Sequence record: OZ076499.1
Strand: one strand, 5' to 3'
Length of the DNA stretch: 32,000 nucleotides
Position 1 is the stretch's first letter; the number at the start of each line of letters is the position of its first letter. The notes below the pieces were generated by a model. That model was not told the origin of the DNA. It searched no databases and saw nothing but the letters and a program-made list of their open reading frames with translations. The translations under genes were made by a program, and so were the position numbers. Shown here piece by piece: positions 10,075-23,309 of the stretch.

Positions 10075-11523
10075 TTAAGAAATATAAAGTAATGCAGAAA
10101 TTGAAGTATGAAGAGTACTTAATAAAACATTAGGTAAAATACCAAAAGCTATAGTAGGTATTAATAAACTGATTAAAAGATAATATTCTCTTCTATTTAT
10201 ATCTTTAATAGGAGTTAATGATGGTGAAAGGTTTCCATAAGATAATCTATTATATAAGAATATAGAATAGCAAGCAGATAAAACAATACCAGTAGCACCT
10301 AAAGAAGCTATAATTGGATTTTGTTGCCATATACCAATTAAAGATAATTGTTCACCTAAGAAATTAAGACTTAAAGGTATACCCGAATTACATAAAGTAA
10401 AAATAAAGAATAATATAGTAAATACAGGCATATAAGTAGCTAATCCTCTAATATAATTAATAATTCTTTTACCCGTTCTATCATATATAATACCACCCAC
10501 ACAAATAAATAAAGCAGGAGAAACAAAACCATGAGCTAAAGCTAATAATATACCACCTTCAATACCTTGGATAGTATTAGAAAATAACCCAAGAACTACA
10601 ACACCCATATGTGCAATACTACTATAAGCAATTAATCTTTTAGTATCTTGTTGGATTATTGTTGAAAAACTTGCATAAATTATAGCTATTATTGCTATTG
10701 TTTGAATTAAAGGATTAAAATAATTTGTAGCATCAGGTAATAAATTAATTAATACTCTAAGGTAACCATAAGTTGCTAATTTTAGAATTGTAGCAGCTAG
10801 AATAATGGATCCAGCTAAAGGTGAATCTGCATGAGCTTTAGGCAACCAGATTATAAAAGGATAAAGTGGAGTTTTAACTGCAAAAGCTAAAAAAAATCCT
10901 AACCATAAAATCTTTTGACTTTCTAAACTTATTTCATATAAAGAAATTAATTGGAAATCTGTTGAACCTATATAACTGAAAATAATTAAAATACATAATA
11001 ACATAGGTAAACTCCCAGCTAAAGTATATAAAAAAAATAAAAATGCTGATCTAAATCTATCTGCACCATGTCCAAATATTACAATTATAATAAATAATAT
11101 TGGTAATACACTTTCGAAAAAAATATAGAAAAGTAATAAATCCAGAGATACAAAAGCACAAATTTGTAAAGTTTCTAGAAGTAAGAATGAAATTAAAAAA
11201 AATTTCAAGTTATTATTAATATTAGTATAATTAGATAATAAAGCAATAGGTGTAACAAAAGTTGTTAATAAAACAAAATAAATAGATATTCCATCTATTC
11301 CAAAATTTAAATGACAAAAATTTAATTGATTAAATTCAGAAACAAATTGAAATTGAGTAGTATTTGAATCAAATTGATACCATATAAATAAAGATATAAA
11401 TAAATTAATTAAAGAAGTTGTTAGTGCTATTTTTTTCATTTGTATTTGACCTTTTAGAGTATCTTGTATAGGAAGCAAGATTAATGATCCTAAAATTGGT
11501 ATTAGCAAAAGTAATGTTATCAT
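10075..11523 (-). CDS. nad4: NADH dehydrogenase subunit 4
   Basis: WLPKAHADSPLAGSIILAATILKLATYG and the overall sequence are typical of nad4. I start it at the ATG at 11523 (MITLLLLIPILG...). The 11 upstream codons in the track ORF come from the adjoining GC island. Confidence 0.93.
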   Translation of the reverse strand: MITLLLLIPILGSLILLPIQDTLKGQIQMKKIALTTSLINLFISLFIWYQFDSNTTQFQFVSEFNQLNFCHLNFGIDGISIYFVLLTTFVTPIALLSNYTNINNNLKFFLISFLLLETLQICAFVSLDLLLFYIFFESVLPILFIIIVIFGHGADRFRSAFLFFLYTLAGSLPMLLCILIIFSYIGSTDFQLISLYEISLESQKILWLGFFLAFAVKTPLYPFIIWLPKAHADSPLAGSIILAATILKLATYGYLRVLINLLPDATNYFNPLIQTIAIIAIIYASFSTIIQQDTKRLIAYSSIAHMGVVVLGLFSNTIQGIEGGILLALAHGFVSPALFICVGGIIYDRTGKRIINYIRGLATYMPVFTILFFIFTLCNSGIPLSLNFLGEQLSLIGIWQQNPIIASLGATGIVLSACYSIFLYNRLSYGNLSPSLTPIKDINRREYYLLISLLIPTIAFGILPNVLLSTLHTSISALLYIS

Positions 11524-11539
11524 GATTTGTTGTGTTTTG

Positions 11540-12030
11540 CGTTGCGCCCCCCTCATTACTTTAAAGCTTTGAGCGTAGAGTGTTGCACACCTTTAATTAG
11601 TTATAGAGAATAACTGAATTTTGAGATTGCTCCACTAGGAATTTTTGTTTGTCCGGAGGACCGGTGAACCGGAGAAAATTTTTTATTCTAATTTAAAAGA
11701 ACAATTTTTCTGGTTTTGACTTTTAAGTCTTTTATTTAATACTTATCCTTAATCCTTAGCTGCCTCCCCAAAGCTTTACTTACTAGTTCTGCTACCGCCT
11801 ACTCCCGGCTCCACCTTGCGGGTTGCTGAGCTGCAGCTCTACTTGCCCTTAGAAGCTAGAAAGAGCAGCATCCGCGCTCCCGGCTCCTTGCAAAGCGTAG
11901 GAAGGGCGTTCCTAAGGGCAGGAGAGGGTGCACAGCGATAGCTTAGGTGATAACGGAAGAGGAAAGCTAGCATCCATCGCATAAGCCTAGCGTTCCCTGG
12001 CTATACTGGAGATGAGGGCTACAGCTATAA
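11540..12030. repeat. Largest GC-rich island in the window (about 490 nt), composite
   Basis: Contains CTTGCCCTTAGAAGCTA (11842-11858, the inverted copy of the module at 48-65), CCGG-rich palindromes at 11651-11676, GAGGGCTACAGCTA (also present at about 20319-20332) and several CTCCCGGCTCC motifs. Confidence 0.8.
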
Positions 12031-12194
12031 GAATTTTGTAGATTTTTTGAATAAATTTTTTTAACCTTTATTTTTTTATTTTTTTAGGGGATTTAGTTTT
12101 CTATTTATCTTTGATATTTACTTTTATAATTGAAAATTTTAATTAAGGTTATAAAAAATATTTTATCCAAATTAAAATAACTCCATTTTATATC

Positions 12195-12365
12195 TCTTCC
12201 CTTTCTTTCCTAGCTTCTAAGGGCAAGGAGGAGCAGCGCAGCAGCGCTGCAGCGCAGCAGAGCAGCAGAGCTGGAGGTTCTTCCAGTATGGGTGAGGCGC
12301 TCCGCAGTATTCGCACCCTCCGCAGGTAGCCGGTAGGGGCCAGGGAGTAGGAATCAGTGGGGGAT
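12195..12365. repeat. GC-rich island
   Basis: TAGCTTCTAAGGGCAAGG lies at 12211-12228 and is followed by GCAGCGC-type short repeats. Confidence 0.8.
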
Positions 12366-12395
12366 ATAAAAGTTAATTAAATAGGTTAAAAAGTT

Positions 12396-13619
12396 TTATA
12401 AATTTTTATTAATATTATCTATCATTTCTTGTTCTTCATAGATAGATAAACCTTTAAGAACAGGTATTATGTTAGGATAAGTTAAGTTAGTAATATCGGT
12501 GTTTTTATTAATAAGAAAAGGTTTATTTCTAGAAAAAGCAAAAGTTTTTAGCTGAGTCTCTCTCTCTAGTTTTTGTAAACTATTTAAATTAGATTCTATT
12601 AATTGATCTACATTTAGTTTACTTCCATCACTGTTTTTATTTATTACTGAAGAAAGCCAATCTAATAAAGGAGTATTAGATTCAATTGATTTATTATAAA
12701 ATTTTAATTCTAAATATTTATTTTGGTCAAAAGAATTTAAGTCTTTAAAGTTAGTAAAAACAATTTCATCAATTAATTGCTGTTCTCCAGCCCCTGATCC
12801 TTCAGCTCTCCCTTCTTCTCCGCTATCGCCTATTCCTATGCCCTCCACTGACCCTAACGGGGAAGAAATATGTTGTGCAAGGCTAGAATTAGAAAGAAGT
12901 GGTGAGTTATCAGAATCTGAATCATCTGTTATAGATTGAGTAATTAATTCAGGTGTATTTGTACCTATTAAACTTATAGATGAATTTAAAATAAATTTAG
13001 GCTGCAGGTAACGCATAGTATTATTTATTAAAAAATTTAAAATTAAGCATAAATCTTCACCTATTATCCAAGTAATTGAAGAATTAAAAAATTTAAAAAA
13101 AAAATTTACAGTAGCTACCAATTTAATATACCTAAAATTAAATCTTTTAAGATATTTATAATATTGTATATGCGGACGCTCCGTACGCTGCGAAGCGCAG
13201 ACACAAATTCAAATGCTAATAATAACTATTACCATTATATTTATAATTATTAAAAACAAAATAAAATAAAAAATAATATCAAAATTTGTACTTACATCTA
13301 TCCACCTTCCCTGCGTTGCGGATGTTACGGATGTTGCGGTTGCTGCAGCGTCTGCTGCCAAAGGTGAAAGGGAAAATAAATAAAATTCAATTTGCTTAAA
13401 TAATTCATCAATTATTTTTGTTCGTTCAACATAATGTTTTATTATTAAATTACATTTAAATATAAAAATCAATGAATAAGGTAACTGGTTTAATAACTCT
13501 AAATAATTTAAAAATTTATAAAATAAAAATAATATTAATATAATTATATTTATTTTTTTAATTATTATAATAATACGTAATAAAATTTTTTTAATTTTAA
13601 ATGTTTTTATTTTTATATT
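12396..13619 (-). CDS. Hypothetical protein (orphan ORF C), continuous only if TGA is read as Trp
   Basis: Track ORFs 12396-13121 and 13209-13472 share one frame. The only stop between them is TGA at 13209-13211. The frame is open up to 13619. There is no ATG near the 5' end. Three GC-rich segments lie in frame. Confidence 0.5.
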
Positions 13620-13640
13620 TTATATTTTTGTTTATTGTTT

Positions 13641-13668
13641 ACTTTTGTAATCTAATTTTATATTTAGA
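13641..13668 (-). promoter_or_regulatory. 28-nt motif upstream of orphan ORF C, shared with the cox1 upstream region
   Basis: acttttgtaatctaattttatatttaga matches 20109-20137 apart from one extra t. Both copies lie 20-25 nt upstream, on the minus strand, of the point where an ORF opens. Confidence 0.5.
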
Positions 13669-13685
13669 AGGAGTGTGCGTCATAG

Positions 13686-13750
13686 CACCCTCCGCGTAGC
13701 GCCCCCTGCTGCATTTGCAACGCAGCAGAAGGGGCGCAACGCGGAGGGTG
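13686..13750. repeat. Long imperfect GC hairpin within GC island 13672-13880
   Basis: The arm CACCCTCCGCGTAGCGCCCCCTGCTGC can pair with GCAGCAGAAGGGGCGCAACGCGGAGGGTG. That gives arms of about 27 nt with a few mismatches. Confidence 0.8.
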
Positions 13751-13936
13751 TAGAATTAGGAGAAAAATGCAGCGTCCGCGCTCCTTGCGAAGCATCCTCC
13801 ACCGTAAGGAGTATAGGTATGCAGCAGCAGCGCTCCCGGCTTCCTGCAGATGCTGCGGTTAGGCGCTCCGCATGAGAGGGGGTTTTTATTATTTTAAATA
13901 TTTAATTATAAAATTTATATTAAATTAATTAAATAA

Positions 13937-14221
13937 TTAAGATTGGATTGGTAACATTTTAAATGCATGGAATGGTATAGGGCTAGCTAATGTCCATTCT
14001 AATGTATTAACTGTTTGTGTTTCATTATTTAATTCTATATCTTTAGTAAAATATGATGCAACTCCCCAAGGGTTATTTGAACAAGTTGGTTGATTTGCAA
14101 AAATATCATAAATAATATAACCAAATAAAACAGTAGCTATTACAGATATTAATGATCCAAAACTTGAAACGGCATTCCATCCACTAAATGCATCAGGGTA
14201 ATCTGGAATTCTTCTTGGCAT
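13937..14221 (-). CDS. cox1: Cytochrome c oxidase subunit 1, exon 5
   Basis: Begins MPRRIPDYPDAFSGWN and runs to the stop. The preceding intron ends in G (14222). Confidence 0.9.
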   Translation of the reverse strand: MPRRIPDYPDAFSGWNAVSSFGSLISVIATVLFGYIIYDIFANQPTCSNNPWGVASYFTKDIELNNETQTVNTLEWTLASPIPFHAFKMLPIQS

Positions 14222-17067
<2,846 letters not shown>

Positions 17068-18034
17068 CTAATCTTTAATAAATAAAGACTTGGACTATAT
17101 CTTCAACTTATTTTACATTTTTCCATCGCTGCATGAAAGCTAGCCATGCTTTGTGATGAATACTATCTGCTTTGAACGCTTCTAAATCACGTAAAGTATA
17201 ATATTGTTTAATTAGAAAGAATCGATGTGATTTATGACTTCGACATTTATCTCTGAAGTAATCTAACGTTCGTAGAATATCTTCTCGACTTTGTAATGAC
17301 CAACTGTAATATCCATTTTGAGAACTATCAAAATATATATATCCACCAAATACTTCTTTAAACCATTGTACATCTTGAAGTAGTTTATTAGTTACACGTA
17401 CTGTTAGTTGTGGTATAAGATTTTTCCCTTTTAAGGAGAAACCGATTGTACCATCCGCATCAAAGAATCCTGCAAACCAATGTGACTTACTTGTTATTTG
17501 TACAGAAAGAAGTACTTGAATGTTCAATTTTTGACATACACGATGAAGTTGAAGAAGACGTGAAGAATGTCGAATGTGTCCGTTAATGCAATGGATAAGA
17601 TTGATCATCCCTTCTCGATTGTGTAGTCTATAACGATAGGCTTTAACACCACTTCGTAATTTTACACTTCCACCAAGTTTATCTTGAATGTATCGTAGAA
17701 TAGGTAGATCTTCTAGACCCATAGTAATTTCTAGACTAGTATAGCCTTGTTTACTTACTTGAAGACTTCCATCGCCATCGATAATTCCGGCTAGCCATTC
17801 ACAGAAATGTGTAGAATAAGGTGCTACGCGTGTAGTCTCTGAGGTTCCTACTAGACTGCTTACATTGCGTCGTTGGTTACCTGCTGATTGTGTCCCAAGG
17901 ACGACATTGTTACTCGATCGGGGTCGTAAAATTAGACCACTTATGTTCAGAGTAGTCATACTTGTTTCCAGACATTCCCAGCATATAGCGCAGTTCATAT
18001 TCAGAATTGTTTCTGAATCGGGCCGATAGTGTTG
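17068..18034 (-). mobile_element. Group I intron (cox1 intron 2) with a LAGLIDADG ORF
   Basis: R element TCAGAGACTACACG lies at 17829-17842 and S element GAAGATATAGTCC at 17092-17104. The intron ends ...AGATTAG immediately before CATCCAGAAG. Confidence 0.8.
17108..18034 (-). CDS. Double-motif LAGLIDADG homing endonuclease ORF, in frame with the micro-exon
   Basis: Motifs WLAGIIDGDGSL and WFAGFFDADGTI. The track ORF runs a further 40 codons upstream, through the micro-exon and the 3' end of intron 1. Confidence 0.85.
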   Translation of the reverse strand, partial: QHYRPDSETILNMNCAICWECLETSMTTLNISGLILRPRSSNNVVLGTQSAGNQRRNVSSLVGTSETTRVAPYSTHFCEWLAGIIDGDGSLQVSKQGYTSLEITMGLEDLPILRYIQDKLGGSVKLRSGVKAYRYRLHNREGMINLIHCINGHIRHSSRLLQLHRVCQKLNIQVLLSVQITSKSHWFAGFFDADGTIGFSLKGKNLIPQLTVRVTNKLLQDVQWFKEVFGGYIYFDSSQNGYYSWSLQSREDILRTLDYFRDKCRSHKSHRFFLIKQYYTLRDLEAFKADSIHHKAWLAFMQRWKNVK

Positions 18035-18045
18035 ACCAAAAAACC
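18035..18045 (-). CDS. cox1: cox1 exon 2, an inferred 11-nt micro-exon (GGTTTTTTGGT)
   Basis: Together with the final T of exon 1 it supplies the missing residues W-F-F-G between ...YQHLF and HPEVY.... It is preceded by G (18046) and ends in T. It is in frame with the downstream intron ORF. Confidence 0.6.
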
Positions 18046-20200
<2,155 letters not shown>

Positions 20201-20267
20201 TTAAAATTTAGTATTTAGTTTTTTTGTTTTGTTTTTGCAAGAACCTAAAACAGTTAGTTAAATAAGT

Positions 20268-20445
20268 TGCTACGGTCCAGAAGCTCTGCAACGCGTCCTC
20301 CGGTCCTTAGGATAGCGAGGGCTACAGCTAAAACGGAAATACCATCGTACTACAGTAATTAAGATGAGATGCTTACGCAAGATAGAAAGAGCCTGCTCCC
20401 CTAGCAACGCTGTTGTTGTCTTCGGATAGCTATTCACAATATTTA
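20268..20445. repeat. GC-rich island
   Basis: Contains GTCCTCCGGTCC and GAGGGCTACAGCTA. The second is also present at 12013-12026. Confidence 0.75.
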
Positions 20446-20459
20446 TCTTATTTTTTTAA

Positions 20460-20542
20460 CGGAATAAAGGCGATTCGAACACCTAAGAGTTTTTAACCCG
20501 AACAATTAGCAATTGTTTTATCTTACCAATGAAAACTATTCC
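20460..20542 (-). tRNA. trnS: tRNA-Ser (anticodon GCT), class II with a long variable arm
   Basis: Acceptor GGAATAG/TTATTCC, anticodon stem AACAA/TTGTT, loop TTGCTAA, T arm AGGTG-TTCGAAT-CGCCT. The D stem is weak. Confidence 0.75.
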
Positions 20543-20732
20543 TTTTGAATATTTAATTAAAATTAAATTAAATTAAATTAAATTACGTAACTATTCCTTT
20601 ATATTTAGAGGTATCCAATAAAGGGCTCAGCGGCTCCGCGGCTCCGCGAATAATTTATTTATAAAAGATAGCCAAGGTTTTATGAAGTATTAAGTTAACT
20701 AATTATTTAATAATTAATTATTAAAGTTATAT

Positions 20733-20804
20733 CGATCCTTATCAGAATTGAACTGATCCTAGCTACTTGAAGGGTAGCTGTACAAACCACTATACCAAAG
20801 GACC
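20733..20804 (-). tRNA. trnE: tRNA-Glu (anticodon TTC) candidate with C at position 33
   Basis: Acceptor GGTCCTT/AAGGATC, D stem GTAT/GTAC, anticodon stem GCTAC/GTAGC, loop CCTTCAA, T arm ATCAG-TTCAATT-CTGAT. Confidence 0.75.
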
Positions 20805-20934
20805 ACTACTGGCGAAAAAAAACAAAAAATAAAATATTCTTTATAAACAATAAATTATTAAGTTAAAATGAATCATAAACAAATAAATCTAAAATAATTG
20901 TAAACTACTTTTTCTCTAGCCATATACTAAACTA

Positions 20935-21062
20935 GCAATCCTTTCTAGATCTTTCTATATCGCGCTGCAACGCTAGCATACAGGGCTTGCTTTGCTAGCT
21001 ACAGCTGTTATAGGGAGGCGCTGCGCAGCTCCTAAGGGCAGCATTCCTAGCGTAGAGGCATT
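20935..21062. repeat. GC-rich island
   Basis: Contains GCTAGCA/CTTGCTTTGCTAGC, CCTAAGGGCAGC and related modules. Confidence 0.7.
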
Positions 21063-21132
21063 ATTAAATATTTTATTTTTATAATTAAAATTTCTTTTTA
21101 CTATATATTATAATTAAATTACTTTTTATTAG

Positions 21133-21204
21133 AGGCGAAATCAGGAATTGAACCTAATCTAACAGATCATGAGGCTGTTGTGCAAACCTTTACACTATAT
21201 CGCT
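21133..21204 (-). tRNA. trnM: tRNA-Met (anticodon CAT) with acceptor-stem mismatches
   Basis: D stem GTGT/GCAC, anticodon loop CTCATGA, T arm TTAGG-TTCAATT-CCTGA. The acceptor AGCGATA/TTTCGCC has A1/C72 and T6/T67 mismatches. I cannot tell whether it is an initiator, an elongator or an Ile(lysidine) tRNA. Confidence 0.65.
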
Positions 21205-21264
21205 TTATTTATTTCTACTTATTTTTTTATTTCTTGTTTAAATTAACTAGCCCTTTACCTAGTT

Positions 21265-21440
21265 ATAATTCCCTTTACCTGCGGATGATGCGATGACTAT
21301 CCTTTTCTCTGGAGGTGAAGGCTGCAATCGTTCTCCGTTCTAGCAAAGCAAGCGCTAGCAAAGCAAGCGGTAGCAAAGCAAGCGCTCCGCAGAATGGTGT
21401 GGATAGGTAAGTAAAGGAAAGGTAAGCTCCGTATAAAGAG
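21265..21440. repeat. GC-rich island with a 16-nt tandem unit
   Basis: (GCTAGCAAAGCAAGCG-type)x3 lies at about 21341-21390. A related pair lies at 23376-23410. Confidence 0.8.
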
Positions 21441-21446
21441 GTAGCT

Positions 21447-21512
21447 TATTTATATTTATATTTATATTTATATTTATATTTATATTTATATTTATATTTA
21501 TATTTATATTTA
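21447..21512. repeat. Microsatellite (ATATTT)n, about 11 units
   Basis: Direct reading of tatttatatttatattt... Confidence 0.95.
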
Positions 21513-21539
21513 ATTAAAAAGATTTAAATTATATTCATT

Positions 21540-21610
21540 TACGAGTAATCAGATTCGAACTGATGCTATCTACTTGGAAGGTAGAGGTTATACCACTTAA
21601 CTATACTCGT
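21540..21610 (-). tRNA. trnG: tRNA-Gly (anticodon TCC)
   Basis: All stems pair perfectly. Acceptor ACGAGTA/TACTCGT, D stem GTTA/TAAC, anticodon stem TCTAC/GTAGA with loop CTTCCAA, T arm ATCAG-TTCGAAT-CTGAT. Confidence 0.92.
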
Positions 21611-21795
21611 TTATTTTTATTTTATTATTTAATTGTTATTCTTTTTTCGCGGAGCCGCGGAGCATTTGTTTTTCTTACTTTTATTCTAACTCTTATCTTA
21701 CTCTTTTAAAATATGGTTCATATATTAGTTATACTAATATTTATATATATTATATTAAAATTTTATTTTTTATACTTATTTTGTTTTTATTTATA

Positions 21796-21868
21796 CGAGC
21801 CCTTCCAGATTCGAACTGGGACCACCCTAATTGACAATTAGGTACTCTACCAATTAAGCTAAGGGCCC
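21796..21868 (-). tRNA. trnD: tRNA-Asp (anticodon GTC)
   Basis: Acceptor GGGCCCT/AGGGCTC, anticodon stem CCTAA/TTAGG with loop TTGTCAA, T loop TTCGAAT. Confidence 0.88.
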
Positions 21869-22007
21869 TTTTTTTTTAATACTAATAAAGTTTATTAATA
21901 AATATAATTTATTTAAACAAATATCTATTGTAATATTAAAATATTATTAGTTATTAGTGCAACTTTATATAAAATATTATTTTTTTAACTAGTTTTCTTT
22001 TTAATTT

Positions 22008-22081
22008 CAAGAGTGAGGTGATTCGAACACCTACCAGTGATTTTGGAGATCGCCATACTAACCAATTAATACTACACTCTT
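22008..22081 (-). tRNA. trnW: tRNA-Trp (anticodon CCA)
   Basis: Acceptor AAGAGTG/CACTCTT pairs perfectly. Anticodon stem GCGAT/ATCAC has one C/A mismatch. Loop CTCCAAA, T arm AGGTG-TTCGAAT-CACCT. Confidence 0.85.
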
Positions 22082-22224
22082 TTGAATTTGGAATGAAATT
22101 ATTTTTATTTATATAAAATATTAATTACTTCTTTTATAATTTTTTTATTTTTTTAATTTATTTATTTTTATTTATATTTAGATATATTTATAAGGGTTAT
22201 TTTGGTTTAAAAGAATCTATAGCA

Positions 22225-22320
22225 CTTAGCTACGCAAGGAGATCCTTATTCTTACAGGAAGGCGGAGCGCCCTTCTCACTCTAGCTTTGCTAGGTAGGAG
22301 TGATTGCTAGGTAGATCAAG
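22225..22320. repeat. GC-rich island
   Basis: Contains a GGCGGAGCGCC core flanked by CTAGCTTTGCTAGG modules. Confidence 0.7.
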
Positions 22321-22340
22321 AATCAAGAAACCATACTTTT

Positions 22341-22413
22341 TATTCTCTTTTGGACTCGAACCAAAATTAACACTTTAGAAGAATGCAGTTCTAACCGATT
22401 GAACTAAGAGAAC
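22341..22413 (-). tRNA. trnR: tRNA-Arg (anticodon TCT)
   Basis: Acceptor GTTCTCT/AGAGAAT, D stem GTTC/GAAC, anticodon loop CTTCTAA, T arm TTTGG-TTCGAGT-CCAAA. Confidence 0.88.
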
Positions 22414-22480
22414 TTATATAAATGTAACGATTATTAAAAAATTAAAAATTACTAATTATATAATAAAAGTTTAAAATAAT

Positions 22481-22554
22481 AGAGTTAAGAAGGAATTGAA
22501 CCCTAAAAGTTAGACTTTGCAGGTCTACTACAGAACCATCTGTAAACTTAACCC
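22481..22554 (-). tRNA. trnC: tRNA-Cys (anticodon GCA)
   Basis: Acceptor GGGTTAA/TTAACTC, anticodon stem TAGAC/GTCTA with loop CTGCAAA, T loop TTCAATT. The D-arm spacing is irregular. Confidence 0.78.
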
Positions 22555-22703
22555 TCTCCGAAGGAGGAGCGCTGCAAATGCAGCTGTAGCGAAGATATAT
22601 AAATAGAATTAATAAACAAAATATTTTATTTCTAATCTAACTGCTACTTTTAAAAAAAATATAATAATTAATGAATCTACAAGATTTAGTTACCTTTATA
22701 TTG

Positions 22704-22742
22704 GCTGCGGATGCTGCGGATGCTGCGGATGCTGCGGACGCT
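22704..22742. repeat. Tandem 9-mer array (GCTGCGGAT)x3 plus GCTGCGGAC
   Basis: Direct reading. It belongs to the same family as the in-frame array in rps3. Confidence 0.9.
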
Positions 22743-23071
22743 ATTGTAAAACAAAAAATTATATTTTATTAATAGTTAAAAAATGATAAAAGCAGGTTTC
22801 TATTTTTATTACTAGTTACTAATTATTAAAATCAACCATAATAAGGTTAATCAGCTAAAATCTAAAAAAAGTTACTTATTATTAAGTAATAAATTAAAAG
22901 TTGTATTATTACAAAAGATAAAATAAAAAAATATTCTCTTAAAAATTGCAAAATTTAATTAAGATACCCTCAATATCTCATTATTATTATAGTATTCAAT
23001 TTCTATAAAAGCTTATTAAAGCAGAGATAGTTCTTTAAAATTTAAGAGCCCAATAAAAACTAAATATATTC

Positions 23072-23230
23072 ATGCCTCAATTAATACCATTTTTTTTCTT
23101 TAATCAAATATTAATTTCATTTATTATATTATTTTCTGTTATTTTTATATTTTCTAAATATATCTTACCTCAATTTACATTCCAACAAGTTATTAGATTA
23201 TATATTACTAAATTAAGTAAAAAAAATTAA
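23072..23230 (+). CDS. atp8: ATP synthase F0 subunit 8
   Basis: 52-codon [55 protein letters not shown]. The MPQL start and the single hydrophobic helix are typical. It is too short to appear in the ORF track. Confidence 0.9.
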   Translation: MPQLIPFFFFNQILISFIILFSVIFIFSKYILPQFTFQQVIRLYITKLSKKN

Positions 23231-23309
23231 TTTTTAATAAAAGTCTTTATATTACATATTACTAAATGAAGTAATAAACAATTATATTTATAGAAAATAA
23301 TATACATAA

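Noticed and set aside
11524-11556. N-terminal extension of nad4 (MRGAQRKTQQI)
   Set aside because: It is derived from the edge of the adjoining GC island. The nad4-like sequence begins at the next ATG (11523).
13675-13875. 66-aa plus-strand ORF (MRHSTLRVAPPAAF...)
   Set aside because: It lies entirely within a palindromic GC island. It starts with GTG and has an Ala/Arg-rich composition, as expected from GC repeats. It is opposite in orientation to all neighbouring genes.
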